DNA of 64,000 nucleotides from an uncultured Chloroflexia bacterium. Lineage in GTDB: Bacteria; Chloroflexota; Limnocylindria; Limnocylindrales; CSP1-4. The stretch covers positions 390,235 to 454,234 of the forward strand of contig CAWIOR010000015.1 of NCBI GenBank assembly GCA_963837825.1. Direction: 5' to 3'. Position numbers and translations under genes: made by a program. Positions 11,191 through 21,633 of the stretch are shown here, piece after piece (the first letter of the stretch is position 1; each line of letters opens with the position of its first letter). The notes under the pieces are model-generated. The model saw nothing but the letters and a program-made list of their open reading frames with translations, had not been told where the DNA came from and did not search any database.

Positions 11191-12501
11191 GTGTCCCTGT
11201 CGCGGCGCGGCTTCCTGCGCGGCGCGGCGATCGCCGGCGGCGGCCTGGTGGCCGCCACGCTCGCGTCGTGCGCGCCGGGCGCGCGCACCGAGCTGGACAT
11301 ACGCCCCGGGCTCGAGCACCGCGGCCGGCGGGTCGTCGCCGGCGCCGAGCGCGGCGGCCAGTGCCGTCCCGAGCGCCGAGCGCCAGTCATGCCGTCGCCT
11401 CGCCGAGCGCGGCGGCCTCGGCCTCCGCCGGCCCCGTCGGCGAGTCGATCCCGCCCGGCTGGAGCCCAGCACGACCTCGATGCCCGGACCGTCGTCCGGC
11501 GCTATCATCGGCAACCTGCGCCGGCGCTCAAGGACATCTACGGCCGGAGGCCGTGTTCGCCAAGCTCGCCGACATCCTCGGCGCGGCGGACGGCTACCCC
11601 GAGCTCCAGAAGAAGCCGGCCTTCGTCCAGGTCCCGAACCTCGTCCTGACCGACACCCTCCAGCCGCTCAAGCCGACAGCTCGAGAACGGGCGTCAAGGT
11701 CTTCAACCTGACGATCGACGAGATCAGCCAGCAGATCGACGAGATGAAGCCGCCGATCGCGGCCCTCGGCTACAACAAGCAGTGGCCCGGCCCGACGATC
11801 CGGGTCGAACCAGGGCGACAAGGTCAGGGCCGTCTTCACGAACAACCTCAAGGAGACGACCGGCGTCCACTTCCACGGGGTCGAGTTCGACGACTTCTTC
11901 CAGGACGGCGATCCCGTTCGTGACCCAGAAGCCGATCGTCCCCGGCGAGACGTACACCTACGAGTTCACGGCGAAGAACGCCGGCTCGCTGATGTACCAC
12001 TCGCACCACAACGCGACCGACCAGGTCGGCCGCGGCCTGCTCGGGGCGTTCGTCGTCGATCCCAAGGACAACCCGGTCAAGTACGACCGCGAGTACATCT
12101 GGATCTCGAACGACTCGCTCGGCGGGTTCACGATCAACGGCCACGGCTTCCCGGCGACAGTCCCGGTCCTGGCCGCGGTCGGCGAGACGGTCCTCGTCCG
12201 GTTCATGAACGAGGGGATCATGATGCACCCGTGGCACAGCCACGGGTACGCGATGAAGGTCATCGCCCGCGACGGCCACCCGCTCGGCAGCGCCGCGTTC
12301 GAGTGCGACACGCTGGGCGTCAACCCCGGGGAGCGCTGGGACGCGACGATCACCGTGGACCGACCCGGCGTCTGGGCGTTCCACTGCCACATCCTGCCCC
12401 ACGTCGAGGGCGCGTCCGGGATGTTCGGGATGGTCAACACGCTGATCGTCGTGCCCGAGAAGGCGCACGTCGATGCGATCGTCAAGGCCCTCGTGAGCTA
12501 G
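11191..12501 (+). pseudogene. Multicopper oxidase with TAT signal (frameshifted as assembled)
   Basis: SRRGFLRGAAIAGGGLVAATLASC is a twin-arginine lipoprotein-like signal. Copper motifs HFHG, YHSHH, HPWHSHG and HCHILPHVEGASGMFGM are present. Confidence 0.8.
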
Positions 12502-12550
12502 CGATGGACGGGACCGACCTCGCCATGGCGTGCACCGCGAGTCCGCGGCG

Positions 12551-13001
12551 ATGTCGCGGTTCGAGACGATCCTCCTCGCCACGGACCTGACCGGCGCCTC
12601 GAGCGCGGCGACGGCCCAGGCGATCGAGCTGGCCGTCCGGCTCGACGCCCGCCTCCTGGTGATCTCGGTCCTCGAGACCGGTCAAGGCGGGAGTGTCCCG
12701 GCGAGGCGTCCGGCCCGAGGTCCGCGAGGTCCGGGCGATGCAGGTCCAGGACGTGGTCGGCGAGGCGCGGGCAGCCGGCGCCCACGCGAGCTACCTCGTC
12801 TGGGAGGGGGAGGCCGGGGACGCGATCACGGCGGCCGCCGAGGCCGAGAGCGCCGACCTCATCGTGGTCGGCAGCCATGGCCGGTCGACGGTCGGCCGGT
12901 TCCTGCTCGGCAGCGTCTCGGACCACGTCGTCCACCACGCGACCTGTCCCGTCCTGGTCGTGCGCTCGGCCGAGGACGATGCGGAGATGCCGCTCACCTG
13001 A
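12551..13001 (+). pseudogene. Universal stress protein (one frameshift near 12690 as assembled)
   Basis: MSRFETILLATDLTGASSAA ... then, in a second frame, [37 protein letters not shown]. Confidence 0.75.
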
Positions 13002-13007
13002 CCCGAG

Positions 13008-13029
13008 CGGTCGCGTCCCGGGGCGACCG
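13008..13029. terminator. GC hairpin between convergent USP and CoA-transferase genes
   Basis: cggtcgc-gtcccggg-gcgaccg forms a 7-bp stem. There is no U-tract, so function is uncertain. Confidence 0.3.
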
Positions 13030-13061
13030 GCCCTCGCCTCTCCGACCGGACCCCGGCCCGA

Positions 13062-13850
13062 CTACTTCGTGTAGGCGCCGCCCGGGTCGAGCTCGACCCG
13101 GATGAGCCGGAGCTCCTCGGCGGTCGGCTCGGGGGTCGTGGCCAGCTCGGCGGCCACCCGCGGCTCCCAGCCGATCGTGTCGCGCACGGCGTCGAGCGTC
13201 GCGCCCGGGTGGAGCGAGTCGAGGCGCATCTCGCCGGTCTCGTCGAAGTGGTAGATGCCGAGGTCGGTGACGACGACCGACGGCCCGCTCCCGAGCCAGC
13301 CCTGCTCGCGCCGGATCCGCGCCGCGTTGTCCGCCCCGCCGAGGTTGCCGGGGCTGGTCCGGAAGTCGATCCGCTCGACGAACGAGCGCTTCGACTGGCG
13401 CATGATCACGAACACCTGGCGGGCGTTGATCGCGATCTCGCAGGCGCCGCCCGAGCCCGGCAGGCGGGTCTTCGGGTGGGCGTAGTCGTCGCCGATGACG
13501 GTCGTGTTGATGTTCCCGAGCCGGTCGATCTGGGCGGCGCCCAGGAACCCGACGTCGATCAGCCCACCCTGCAGGTAGAAGCTGAACAGCTCGTACATGC
13601 TGGTCACGGCGGTCGCCCCGGTGACGATCGTCGGGTCGCCGATCGACAGCGGCAGGCGGGCCGGCTCGGCGCCGAAGACGCCGGCCTCGTAGACCAGCTC
13701 GAGGTCCGGCGCGACCGTCCGCTTGGCCAGGTTGACCGCGATGTTCGGCAGCCCGACCCCGACGAAGCAGACCCGCTGGCCGGCCAGCTCGCGCGCGGCC
13801 GCCACGATCATCATCTCGGACTTCGAGAAGGCCACGGCCCCGGGGCTCAT
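13062..13850 (-). CDS. CoA-transferase subunit B (3-oxoacid/glutaconate CoA-transferase family)
   Basis: Intact 262-aa ORF. Contains GVGLPNIAVNLAK, QIDRLGNINTTVIG and PGSGGACEIA. Confidence 0.85.
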   Translation of the reverse strand: MSPGAVAFSKSEMMIVAAARELAGQRVCFVGVGLPNIAVNLAKRTVAPDLELVYEAGVFGAEPARLPLSIGDPTIVTGATAVTSMYELFSFYLQGGLIDVGFLGAAQIDRLGNINTTVIGDDYAHPKTRLPGSGGACEIAINARQVFVIMRQSKRSFVERIDFRTSPGNLGGADNAARIRREQGWLGSGPSVVVTDLGIYHFDETGEMRLDSLHPGATLDAVRDTIGWEPRVAAELATTPEPTAEELRLIRVELDPGGAYTK

Positions 13851-13870
13851 GGGATGTCGATCTCCAGGCC

Positions 13871-13975
13871 CGGGCGTGGCCGCATCGGGCGTGCCCGCGC
13901 GGGGCGTGCCTGCACGGGGCGTGCCCGCACGGGGCGTGCCTGCACGGGGCGTGCCTGCACGGGGCGTACCCGTGC
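13871..13975. repeat. Seven tandem 15-bp units (consensus ggggcgtgccYgcac) 20 nt upstream of the subunit-B start codon
   Basis: Units read directly. The four central copies are identical or differ by 1 nt. On the transcribed strand each unit contains the mini-palindrome GTGCnnGCAC. Confidence 0.9.
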
Positions 13976-13985
13976 CCGTCCGTCC

Positions 13986-14007
13986 GTGATGCGGGTCGAC
14001 GCATCAC
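13986..14007. repeat. Palindrome gTGATGCG-N6-CGCATCAc, copy 1
   Basis: gtgatgcgggtcgacgcatcac. A near-identical copy lies at 14301..14320. Confidence 0.85.
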
Positions 14008-14300
14008 GACCGGTCGCCAGGGTCCGGCAGGGCGCGCCCGGATCAGCCGGCGAGGCCGTAGCCGGACCGGCACCCGGGGAGTTCGAACCGTCGGACGGCG
14101 AGACTGGCGACCGCCCGGCTGAACGCCCGGCGTTCCGATCCAACGCTGAGGAGCCCGTTCGCGTCATCGCTGAACAGCCCGAGTGCTGGCTGACGGCTCT
14201 GTGTCCGGCCGACCGCGCGTTGGCACTCCAGGTGTGCACCGTCGGCCGGCGGACGTGAGCCGGCCGCCGACCGCGCCCGAGCCGGCCGTGGGTCGATCCT

Positions 14301-14320
14301 TGATGCGGCGACTCGCATCA
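14301..14320. repeat. Palindrome TGATGCG-N6-CGCATCA, copy 2
   Basis: tgatgcggcgactcgcatca. The arms are identical to copy 1. Confidence 0.85.
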
Positions 14321-14354
14321 CAGATGGAGCCTCGATCCGAACGCGAAGCGGGGG

Positions 14355-15278
14355 TCATCGGTACTGCCCGTAGTCGACCGAGCCGGACGGGGCCTGGCCG
14401 CTCGGCCGGAGCGACGCGAGCCGCTCCGGCCCGAGCTTGTCGAGGTACTCGGCCCGCCCGTCGACCCCGTAGACCCACTCGTCCAGCCAGGCCTGGACGG
14501 CGGCCTCGTCGCGGCTGATCGGGTCCCAGTCGAGGTAGAACCGGTTGTCGCGGTCGTAGGCGCCCTGGACGTACGAGGGGTGGGCGCCCCACGGCTCGAC
14601 GACCACCGCGTCGACGATGAGCCCGGGGATGATCGTCCGGTTCGGGTCGGCCCGGACGACCGCCTCGTCGACCAGCTCCTCGACGACGACGATCACCCGG
14701 TCGGCCGCGAACGCCGCCTCCTTCTGGCAGCCGAGCAGGCCCCAGACCTGGGTGTTGCCGCTCGCGTCGGCGCGCTGGGCATGGACGATCGTGACGTCCG
14801 GCCGGAGCGGCGGGACGGCGTAGACCTTCCCGTCGCCGTACGGCGAGTCGATCTCGCGGATGAGCGGGTTCGCCTTCGGCAGGTCGGTCTCGAAGTAGGA
14901 CCGGAGCGGGTAGAACGGCAGGTTCGCGGCGCCGGCCGTGTACCGCCCGACCATCCCGAAGTGGCTGTACTCCTCGATCTCGAGCGGCGCCGGGTCGGCG
15001 TCCTCGATCCGCCGCCGGATCGCGTTCAGCCCGCCGACGCCCGGGTTGCCGAGCCAGCTGAAGATGAGCTTCCGGGCGACCCCGCCGGCGATCATCTGGT
15101 CGTAGATGAGGTCGGGGGTCAGGCGGGCGAGGGTGAGGTCGCGCTTGCGCTGGCGGATGATCTCGTGGCCGGCGGCGAACGAGATGAGGTGGGTGAAGCC
15201 CTCGATCGCCACGGTGTCGCCGTCGCGGACGAGGTCGGCGACGGCGTCGCGCATCGTCGCGACCTTGGAGCTGCTCAC
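14355..15278 (-). CDS. CoA-transferase subunit A
   Basis: Uninterrupted from the GTG at 15278 (or the ATG at 15254). Contains DGDTVAIEGFTHLISFAAGHEIIRQ, SWLGNPGVGGLNAIRR and TIVHAQRADASGNTQVWG. Confidence 0.85.
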   Translation of the reverse strand: MSSSKVATMRDAVADLVRDGDTVAIEGFTHLISFAAGHEIIRQRKRDLTLARLTPDLIYDQMIAGGVARKLIFSWLGNPGVGGLNAIRRRIEDADPAPLEIEEYSHFGMVGRYTAGAANLPFYPLRSYFETDLPKANPLIREIDSPYGDGKVYAVPPLRPDVTIVHAQRADASGNTQVWGLLGCQKEAAFAADRVIVVVEELVDEAVVRADPNRTIIPGLIVDAVVVEPWGAHPSYVQGAYDRDNRFYLDWDPISRDEAAVQAWLDEWVYGVDGRAEYLDKLGPERLASLRPSGQAPSGSVDYGQYR

Positions 15279-15411
15279 GGCCCGGATTATCGCGGCCGCG
15301 CACGGCGGGTCGTCGCTTCCCCGTCGCCCGTCGCCGTGCGTAGGATGGCCCCGAGGGATCGGACCGGCGACCCGGCGGAGGCCGCGGCCGGAGGGAGTGG
15401 AGGGTAGCCCG

Positions 15412-16650
15412 ATGGCGTCGATCGGACGCGCCGTGACCGGCTGGGCAGCGACGGTCCGCGGCCTGTTCCTCGTGGCGATGGCCCTGTTCGTGGTGACCGT
15501 CGCGATCGGGATCGTCAACGGCCTCGACCTGTACGAGTTCAACCACGACCAGCTGCTGACCCACGTCCACTCCGGGACGCTCGGCTGGATCACGCTCGGC
15601 ATCGTCGCCGGCACGTTCTGGCTCGTCCGGGCCGCGGACCGGCGGCTGGCGACGTGCTGGCGATCCTCATCCCGCTCTACGTCGCCGCGTTCTACTCGGG
15701 CAACCTCGCCGCCCGGGCGATCACCGGAACGGCCCTCCTGGTCGCGATCCTGTGGCTCGTCGGCTGGGCCTGGCGGGGCTCTCCCGGGAGCCCACGATCC
15801 CGCTCCTCGCCGTGACCCTCGGGCTGACGACGTTCGCCTACGGCGCGATCATCGGCGTCCTCATCCAGATCCAGCTGGCCAGCGGCACGGAACCTCTTCC
15901 CGGCCAGCGCCGACGCGATCGGGGCGCACGCCGGGACGATGGTCTTCAGCTACCTCATCCTCGTGGCGATGGGCCTCCTCGAGTGGCGCCTGCTCGGCCT
16001 GCGCGGGCGCTCGCGGAGCGGGCTGGTCCAGATCGGCGGCGCTGTTCGGCGGCGGGCTGCTCCTGGCGCTGGCCCTGCTCTTCCTCGACACGAGCGCGGT
16101 CCAGGCGGTCGGCGGGATCTACCTGCTGGTCGAGCTCGTGGCGGTCGCCGTGTTCGCGGTCCGCGATCCTGCCGACCGCCGTCCGGATCGACTGGCGGAC
16201 CGGCCGCCCGGAGCGGCACCTGCGCGACGGCGGCCGTCTTCGTCGTCGTCGCGACGGCGATCTTCCTGTACGTCGTGTTCCTGTTCATCTCGACCGGCGA
16301 CCCCTCGAAGATCCCGACCGGCGTCCTCGTCGCGAGCGACCACGCCGCGTTCATCGGCGTGATCACCAACCTGATCTTCGGCCTGGCCCTCGCGCCTGGC
16401 CGCCGACCGGCGCCGACCGCTGGCCGTGGGCCGACCAGGTCGTCTATCTGGGCGATGAACGTCGGGCTGATCGTCTTCCTGCTCGGGCTGATCGCCGGAT
16501 CGCCCGAGCTCAAGCGGATCGGCAGCCCGATCATGGGCATCGCCATCCTCGTCGGGCTGGCCACGATCGCGATCCGGCTGGTCGTCGACTCCGACCTGGG
16601 ACGCTGCCGAGGCGGCTCCGGACGTCGGATCGCGCGGCTGAGGGTCGGCA
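15412..16650 (+). pseudogene. Polytopic membrane protein of unknown function with TM-embedded His residues (frameshifted; 3' end uncertain)
   Basis: The ATG at 15412 follows ggagggagtggagg. About 10 or more hydrophobic helices are spread over three frames. Motifs LTHVHSGTLGW, GAHAGTMVFSYL and SDHAAFIGVITNLIFG. Confidence 0.5.
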
Positions 16651-16668
16651 CGCCGGGCGGTCGAGGGT

Positions 16669-18034
16669 CAGATCGCGGCTTCGACGCCGGTGATCGCGCC
16701 GGCGCGCTCGGCCGCCTCGCAGGACCTCGCCGTGCTCGCCGGCGACGGCCGCGACGGCCTCGCCGAAGATCCGCAGGGCGGTCGCCATCTCGGCCTCGCT
16801 GACGATCAGCGGCCGGCGACATCCGGACGCTCGACCGGCCGCACTCGAGGACGAGCAGGCCGCGCACGAAGCAGGCCCACTGGACCTCCTCGGCGTGCTC
16901 GGGCGTGTCGAACTCGACCCCGATCATCAGGCCCTCTGCCGCGGACGTCGACGATCAGCCCGGGGTAGCGGGCGGCCAGCGCCCGGAGCCCGGCGAACGC
17001 CTGCCGTGCCGCGGGTCGCCGCGTTCTCGACGAGGCCGCCCTCGAGGAGGTCGATCGTGGCCAGCGCCGCCGCGCAGGCGACCGGGTTGCCGCCGTAGGT
17101 GGAGCCGTGGGCGCCGGGGCCCCAGGCCTCGAGGAGGGGTGCCCGGGCGACCATCGCCCCGAGGGTCATGCCGCTGGCGATGCCCTTGGCCGTCAGCAGG
17201 ATGTCCGGCTTGACGCCCCAGTGGTCGACCGCCCACATCTTCCCGGTCCGCCCGGCTCCGGACTGGATCTCGTCGGCGATCAGGAGGATCCCGTGGCGGT
17301 CGCAGATCCCGCGCAGGCCCTCGAGGAAGCCGTCCTCCGGGACGACGTAGCCGCCCTCGCCCTGGATCGGCTCGACGATGATCGCCGCGACCTCCTCGGC
17401 CGGCACGAGCTTGTCGAACAGGACCTCGTTGAACCAGCGCAGGTCCTCGGCCCGGCCGTACGGGGCGTGGAAGATGCCCGGCAGGAGCGGCCCGAACCCG
17501 GCGTGGTACTTCGCCTTCGAGGCGGTCAGGCTGACCGAGCCGTAGCGTCCGGCCGTGGAAGGCGCCGAGGAACGCCACGACGTACGGGCGGTGGGTCGCC
17601 ACGCGAGCGAGCTTGATCGCCGCCTCGACGACCTCGGTCCCGGAGTTGCCGAGGTAGACCCGGACCGGGCCGTCCATCGGGGCGAGCCCGGCGATCCGCT
17701 CGCAGGTCTCGGCGTAGATCGGGAGGTAGAAGTCCGAGGCGCTGAAGTGGATGAGCTCGGCCGCCTGCTCCTTGATCGCGGCGACGACCTGCGGGTGGCT
17801 GTGCCCGGTCGAGTTGACGGCGATCCCGGCGGCGAAGTCGAGGAACAGGTTGCCGTCGATGTCCTCGACCGTCAGGCCCTCGCCGCGGACCGGGACGATG
17901 GGGTAGGCCCGGGGCAGGCTCGGGGAGGTCCAGGTCTCGTCGTAGGCGACGTGGGCGCGGGCCTTCGGGCCGGGGATCTCGGTGACGATGTCGGGGACGG
18001 GCCGCGCCTGGGCGAGCCGCGATGCCTGGGCCAA
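16669..18034 (-). pseudogene. gabT: Class-III aminotransferase, 4-aminobutyrate aminotransferase-like (frameshifted as assembled)
   Basis: IPGPKARAHVAYDE, GNSGTEVVEAAIKLAR, EPIQGEGGYVVP, LLIADEIQSGAGRTGKMWA and the PLP-lysine context LLTAKGIASG. Stop at 16669. Confidence 0.75.
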
Positions 18035-18248
18035 GGGACACCTCGACGCATACGGTTTATGCAGACTGGATACTCAGCCGAGTCTAGCAGACGGCCCGTG
18101 GACGATTCCGCGGCGCTGCGCCCCACGATCCGATCGGCCGTTTCCTTGCGCCCGGCTGCGGAGCCGTCGACGCGATCAGCACGACCGGCCCGTGTCGACG
18201 CCGGGCGGAACGACGTGGCCCCGCCGGGCGGCGCGCCTCACCTGACCG

Positions 18249-19833
18249 TCAGTCGACGATCGTCTGGCTCTGCTCGCGCATGAACTGCTGGACGTAGTAG
18301 AAGCCGCCGCCGGCCTTGCCGGTCGCGGTGCTGCCCTTCCAGCCGCCGAACGGCTGGATGCCCGGCCAGGCGCCGGTCGTGGCGCCGGCCCGCCGGTTGA
18401 CGTAGACGACGCCGGCCTCGATCTGGTCGAGGAAGCGCTGGCGACTCGGCCTTGTCCTCGGAGTAGAAGCCGGCGGTCAGGCCGAGGTTCGTGTCGTTCG
18501 ACAGGCGGAGCGCCTCGTCGATCGAGTCGACCGCGGCGACCGCGGTGAACGGGATGAACAGCTCGTCGCGGAACAGGCGGTGGTCCGTGGGCAGGTCGAG
18601 GGCGACCGTCGGCGCGACGAAGAAGCCCGCGGTCGAGGCCGTTCTCGGTCACCCGCTCGCCGCCGATGGCCAGCCGGCCCGCGGCGCGTGCCTCGGAGAC
18701 CGCCTGCTCGTAGCGGGCGACGGCCCGCGCGTTGATGACCGGTCCGAGCCAGTAGCGCCGGTCGGTCGGGTCGCCGATCGTGATCGCCTCGGTCTTCTCG
18801 ACCAGCAGGCGGACCAGCTCGTCGTGGACCGGCCGCTCGACGTAGACCCGGCTGTTCGCCGAGCACTTCTGGCCGGAGAAGCCGAACGCCGAGCGCATGA
18901 TCCCCTCGGCCGCCTCGTCGAGGTCGGCGTGGCGGGACACGATCGCCGGGTTCTTGCCGCCCATCTCGACGATGACCGGCTTGGGGTAAGACCTTGGCGA
19001 AGCTCTTGTACAGCCCGAAGCCGACCTCGAACGAGCCGGTGAAGATGATCCCGTCGACGCCCGGGTTCGTTCTGGAGCTCGTCGCCGACCGTCTCGCCCG
19101 GGACCCATGACCATGTTGAACACGCCGTCCGGGACGCCGGCGTCGCGCATCGCCTGGAGCAGGCATGCGCCCGACAGCGGCGCGTCGGACGACGGCTTGT
19201 AGACGACGGTGTTGCCGGCCACCAGGGCGCCGCCGGCCGGCCCGCCGGACAGGGCGAACGGGAAGTTGAACGGGCTGATGACGCCCCACACGCCGTACGG
19301 CTTGAGGACCGACCGCGTGTGGACGGTCTCGTCGCCGAGGTTGCCCATCGGGTCGTCGAAGCCGTGGTTGCGCTCCATCATGTCGCACGACCAGCGGATG
19401 AGGTCGGCCGTCTCCTCGACGTCGCCGAGCGCCTCGAGGCGGTTCTTGCCGACCTCCATCGAGAGCAGCGCGCTGAACTCCATCTGGCGCTCGCTGATGA
19501 CGTCGGCGACCCGGCGCATGATCGCGACCCGCTCCTGCCACGGCCGGCGACCCCAGGCCGGGAACGCCTGCGCCGGGCGGCGGCGATCGCGTCCTGGACG
19601 TCCTTCCGGGTCCCCTTCGCGAACGTGCCCATGACCGAGCCGTCGATCGGGGTCCGCTTCTCGAAGGTGCCGTCGCCGTCGCGCTCGACCCCGCCGACGA
19701 AGTTGCGGTAGTGACCGCCGAGCATCGTCCGGGCCCTGGCGAGGCCGGCCTCGTACTGGGCGTGGAGCTCCTCGTTGTCGTTGCGCAGGGTGGCGTAGGT
19801 GATCTTCAGGCGCGGCTTCGCCTCGGTCGTCAT
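18249..19833 (-). pseudogene. Aldehyde dehydrogenase family protein (1-pyrroline-5-carboxylate / semialdehyde dehydrogenase-like; frameshifted as assembled)
   Basis: MTTEAKPRLKITYATL..., FNFPFAL, IIFTGSFEVG, VEMGGKNP, FGFSGQKCSANSR. C-terminus GGFYYVQQFMREQSQTIVD. Confidence 0.8.
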
Positions 19834-19919
19834 CGTGGTGGCTCCTGTGCGGTCGATCCCTCGGGTCGGGTGGTCAGGCTGAGCCTGGGGGCTGGCCTCC
19901 CAGTGTAGCCGGACGATCC

Positions 19920-20817
19920 GGCTCAGCCGAGCGCCGAAACGACCTCCAGGAGGGTCCGCGCGATCGCCGTCCGGTCGACCGCCCCGGCGCCCGGTCGCGG
20001 CCGCCTCGACATCGGCGTGCCCGTGCTTGCCGGACAGGACGAGGACGCCGCGCAGACCGACCCGCTGGGCGGCCAGGACATCGGTCCGGACGTCGTCGCC
20101 GACCATCGCGATCTCGTGCCGGACGAGCCGCCGCCCGCCCGCCGCGCCGGACCTCGTCGGCGAGCTCGGCCGCCGCCTCGCGGAAGAACGCCGCCGACGG
20201 CTTGCCGAGGATCCGGGCCGGTCGCTCGGTGGCGAACTCGAGACCGGTGACCAGGGCGCCCGAGTCGAGCGTCGGCCCGGCCGGCGTCAGCCACCACGGG
20301 TTGCGGTGCATCCCGATCAGCTCGGCGCCGCCGCGGACGAGCCGGAACGCCCGGTTGAGGTTGTCGAACGTGACCGCCTCCGGGGCGTCGCCGATGACGA
20401 CGGCCGCCGCGCCGGCTCCCGGCGCGTCCGCCTCCTCGCCGCTCAGCAGGCGCTGGCCGGCGAACTCGGTCAGGGCGTCGGTCGAGGCCATCACGAAGAG
20501 CGGCTCGCCCGGGTGGTGATGGCGGGTGTAGGCGGCGCTGGCCGACAGCGCGCTCATGATCCGCTCCGCCGGGATCGGCGACGCCGAGCCGCTCGCTCCA
20601 GCGCGACAGGCTGGCCCGGCTGATCAGCGACGTGTTGGTCACGATCCGGTACGGGATCCGGCCGCTCCTCGAGCCGGGCCAGCGCCTCGCCGGCCCCGGG
20701 CAGCAGCTCGCCCTTGAGGACGATCACCCCGTCGAGGTCGAGGAGCAGGGCGCGCACGCCGGCCAGGGCGGCCCGCAGGTCGGCGGGCGGGGTCGGGGTC
20801 ATCGTCGGTCTGGTCAT
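19920..20817 (-). pseudogene. HAD-IIA family hydrolase (frameshifted as assembled)
   Basis: Motif [29 protein letters not shown] and MVGDDVRTDVLAAQRVGLRGVLVLSGK. Confidence 0.7.
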
Positions 20818-20851
20818 CCGGGCGATGGTACCCGTCTGCTAGGCTCGCCCG

Positions 20852-21633
20852 ATGGGACTGCTCGACGGGAAGACGCGCCCTGATCTTCGGGGTCGCCAAC
20901 GACCATTCGATCGCCTGGGGGATCGCCCGCGCCTTCCACGAGGCCGGCGCGACCGTCGGCTTCAGCTCGGTCGAGAGCCTCATCGAGAAGCGGGTCCGGC
21001 CGCTCGCGAGCTCGATCGGCTCGACGTTCGTGGAGCCGTGCGACGTCCAGTCCGACGACGAGATCCGGGCGCGTGTTCGCGAAGTGGGGCGCCGCCCACG
21101 GGCGGCTCGACATCCTCGTCCACGCCCTGGCCTTCGCCAGGCGCGAGGACCTCGAGGGTGGCTTCGTCGACACGTCGCGCGACGGGTTCGCCCTGGCCCT
21201 CGACGTGAGCGCCTACTCGCTCGTGGCGCTCGTCCGCGAGGCGCGCCCGTTCCTGGACGCCGGCTCGAGCGTGATCACACTGACCTACTACGGCGCCGAG
21301 AAGGTCGTCGCCAACTACAACGTGATGGGCGTCGCGAAGGCCGCCCTCGAGGCGTCGGTCCGCTACCTGGCGGCCGACCTCGGGCCGGACGGGATCCGGG
21401 TCAACGCGATCAGCGCCGGCCCGGTCCGGACCCTGGCCGCCGCCGGGATCGCCGGGTTCAAGAAGATGTACGGCGCGTTCGCCGACGTCGCCCCGCTCCG
21501 CGCGAACATCACCCCGGAGGACGTCGGGCGGACCGCCGTCTACCTGGCCGGCGACCTGTCGAGCGCGGTGACCGGCGAGGTCATCTACGTCGACGGCGGG
21601 TTCAACATCCTGGGCGTCCCGACCGGCGACTGA
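20852..21633 (+). pseudogene. fabI: Enoyl-[acyl-carrier-protein] reductase (NADH) FabI (two frame switches near 20880 and 21072 as assembled)
   Basis: [48 protein letters not shown] (Tyr-x6-Lys) and [13 protein letters not shown]. Confidence 0.85.

Noticed and set aside
13871-13975. The 15-bp repeat array as a possible CRISPR array.
   Set aside because: The units are directly abutting with no spacers and are only 15 bp long. No cas genes are present. This is a tandem repeat, not a CRISPR.
14078-14090. ggagttcgaaccg, resembling a tRNA T-loop (GGTTCGAA), inside the CoA-transferase spacer.
   Set aside because: I could not build a T-stem, anticodon arm or acceptor stem on either strand. It is probably a chance match.
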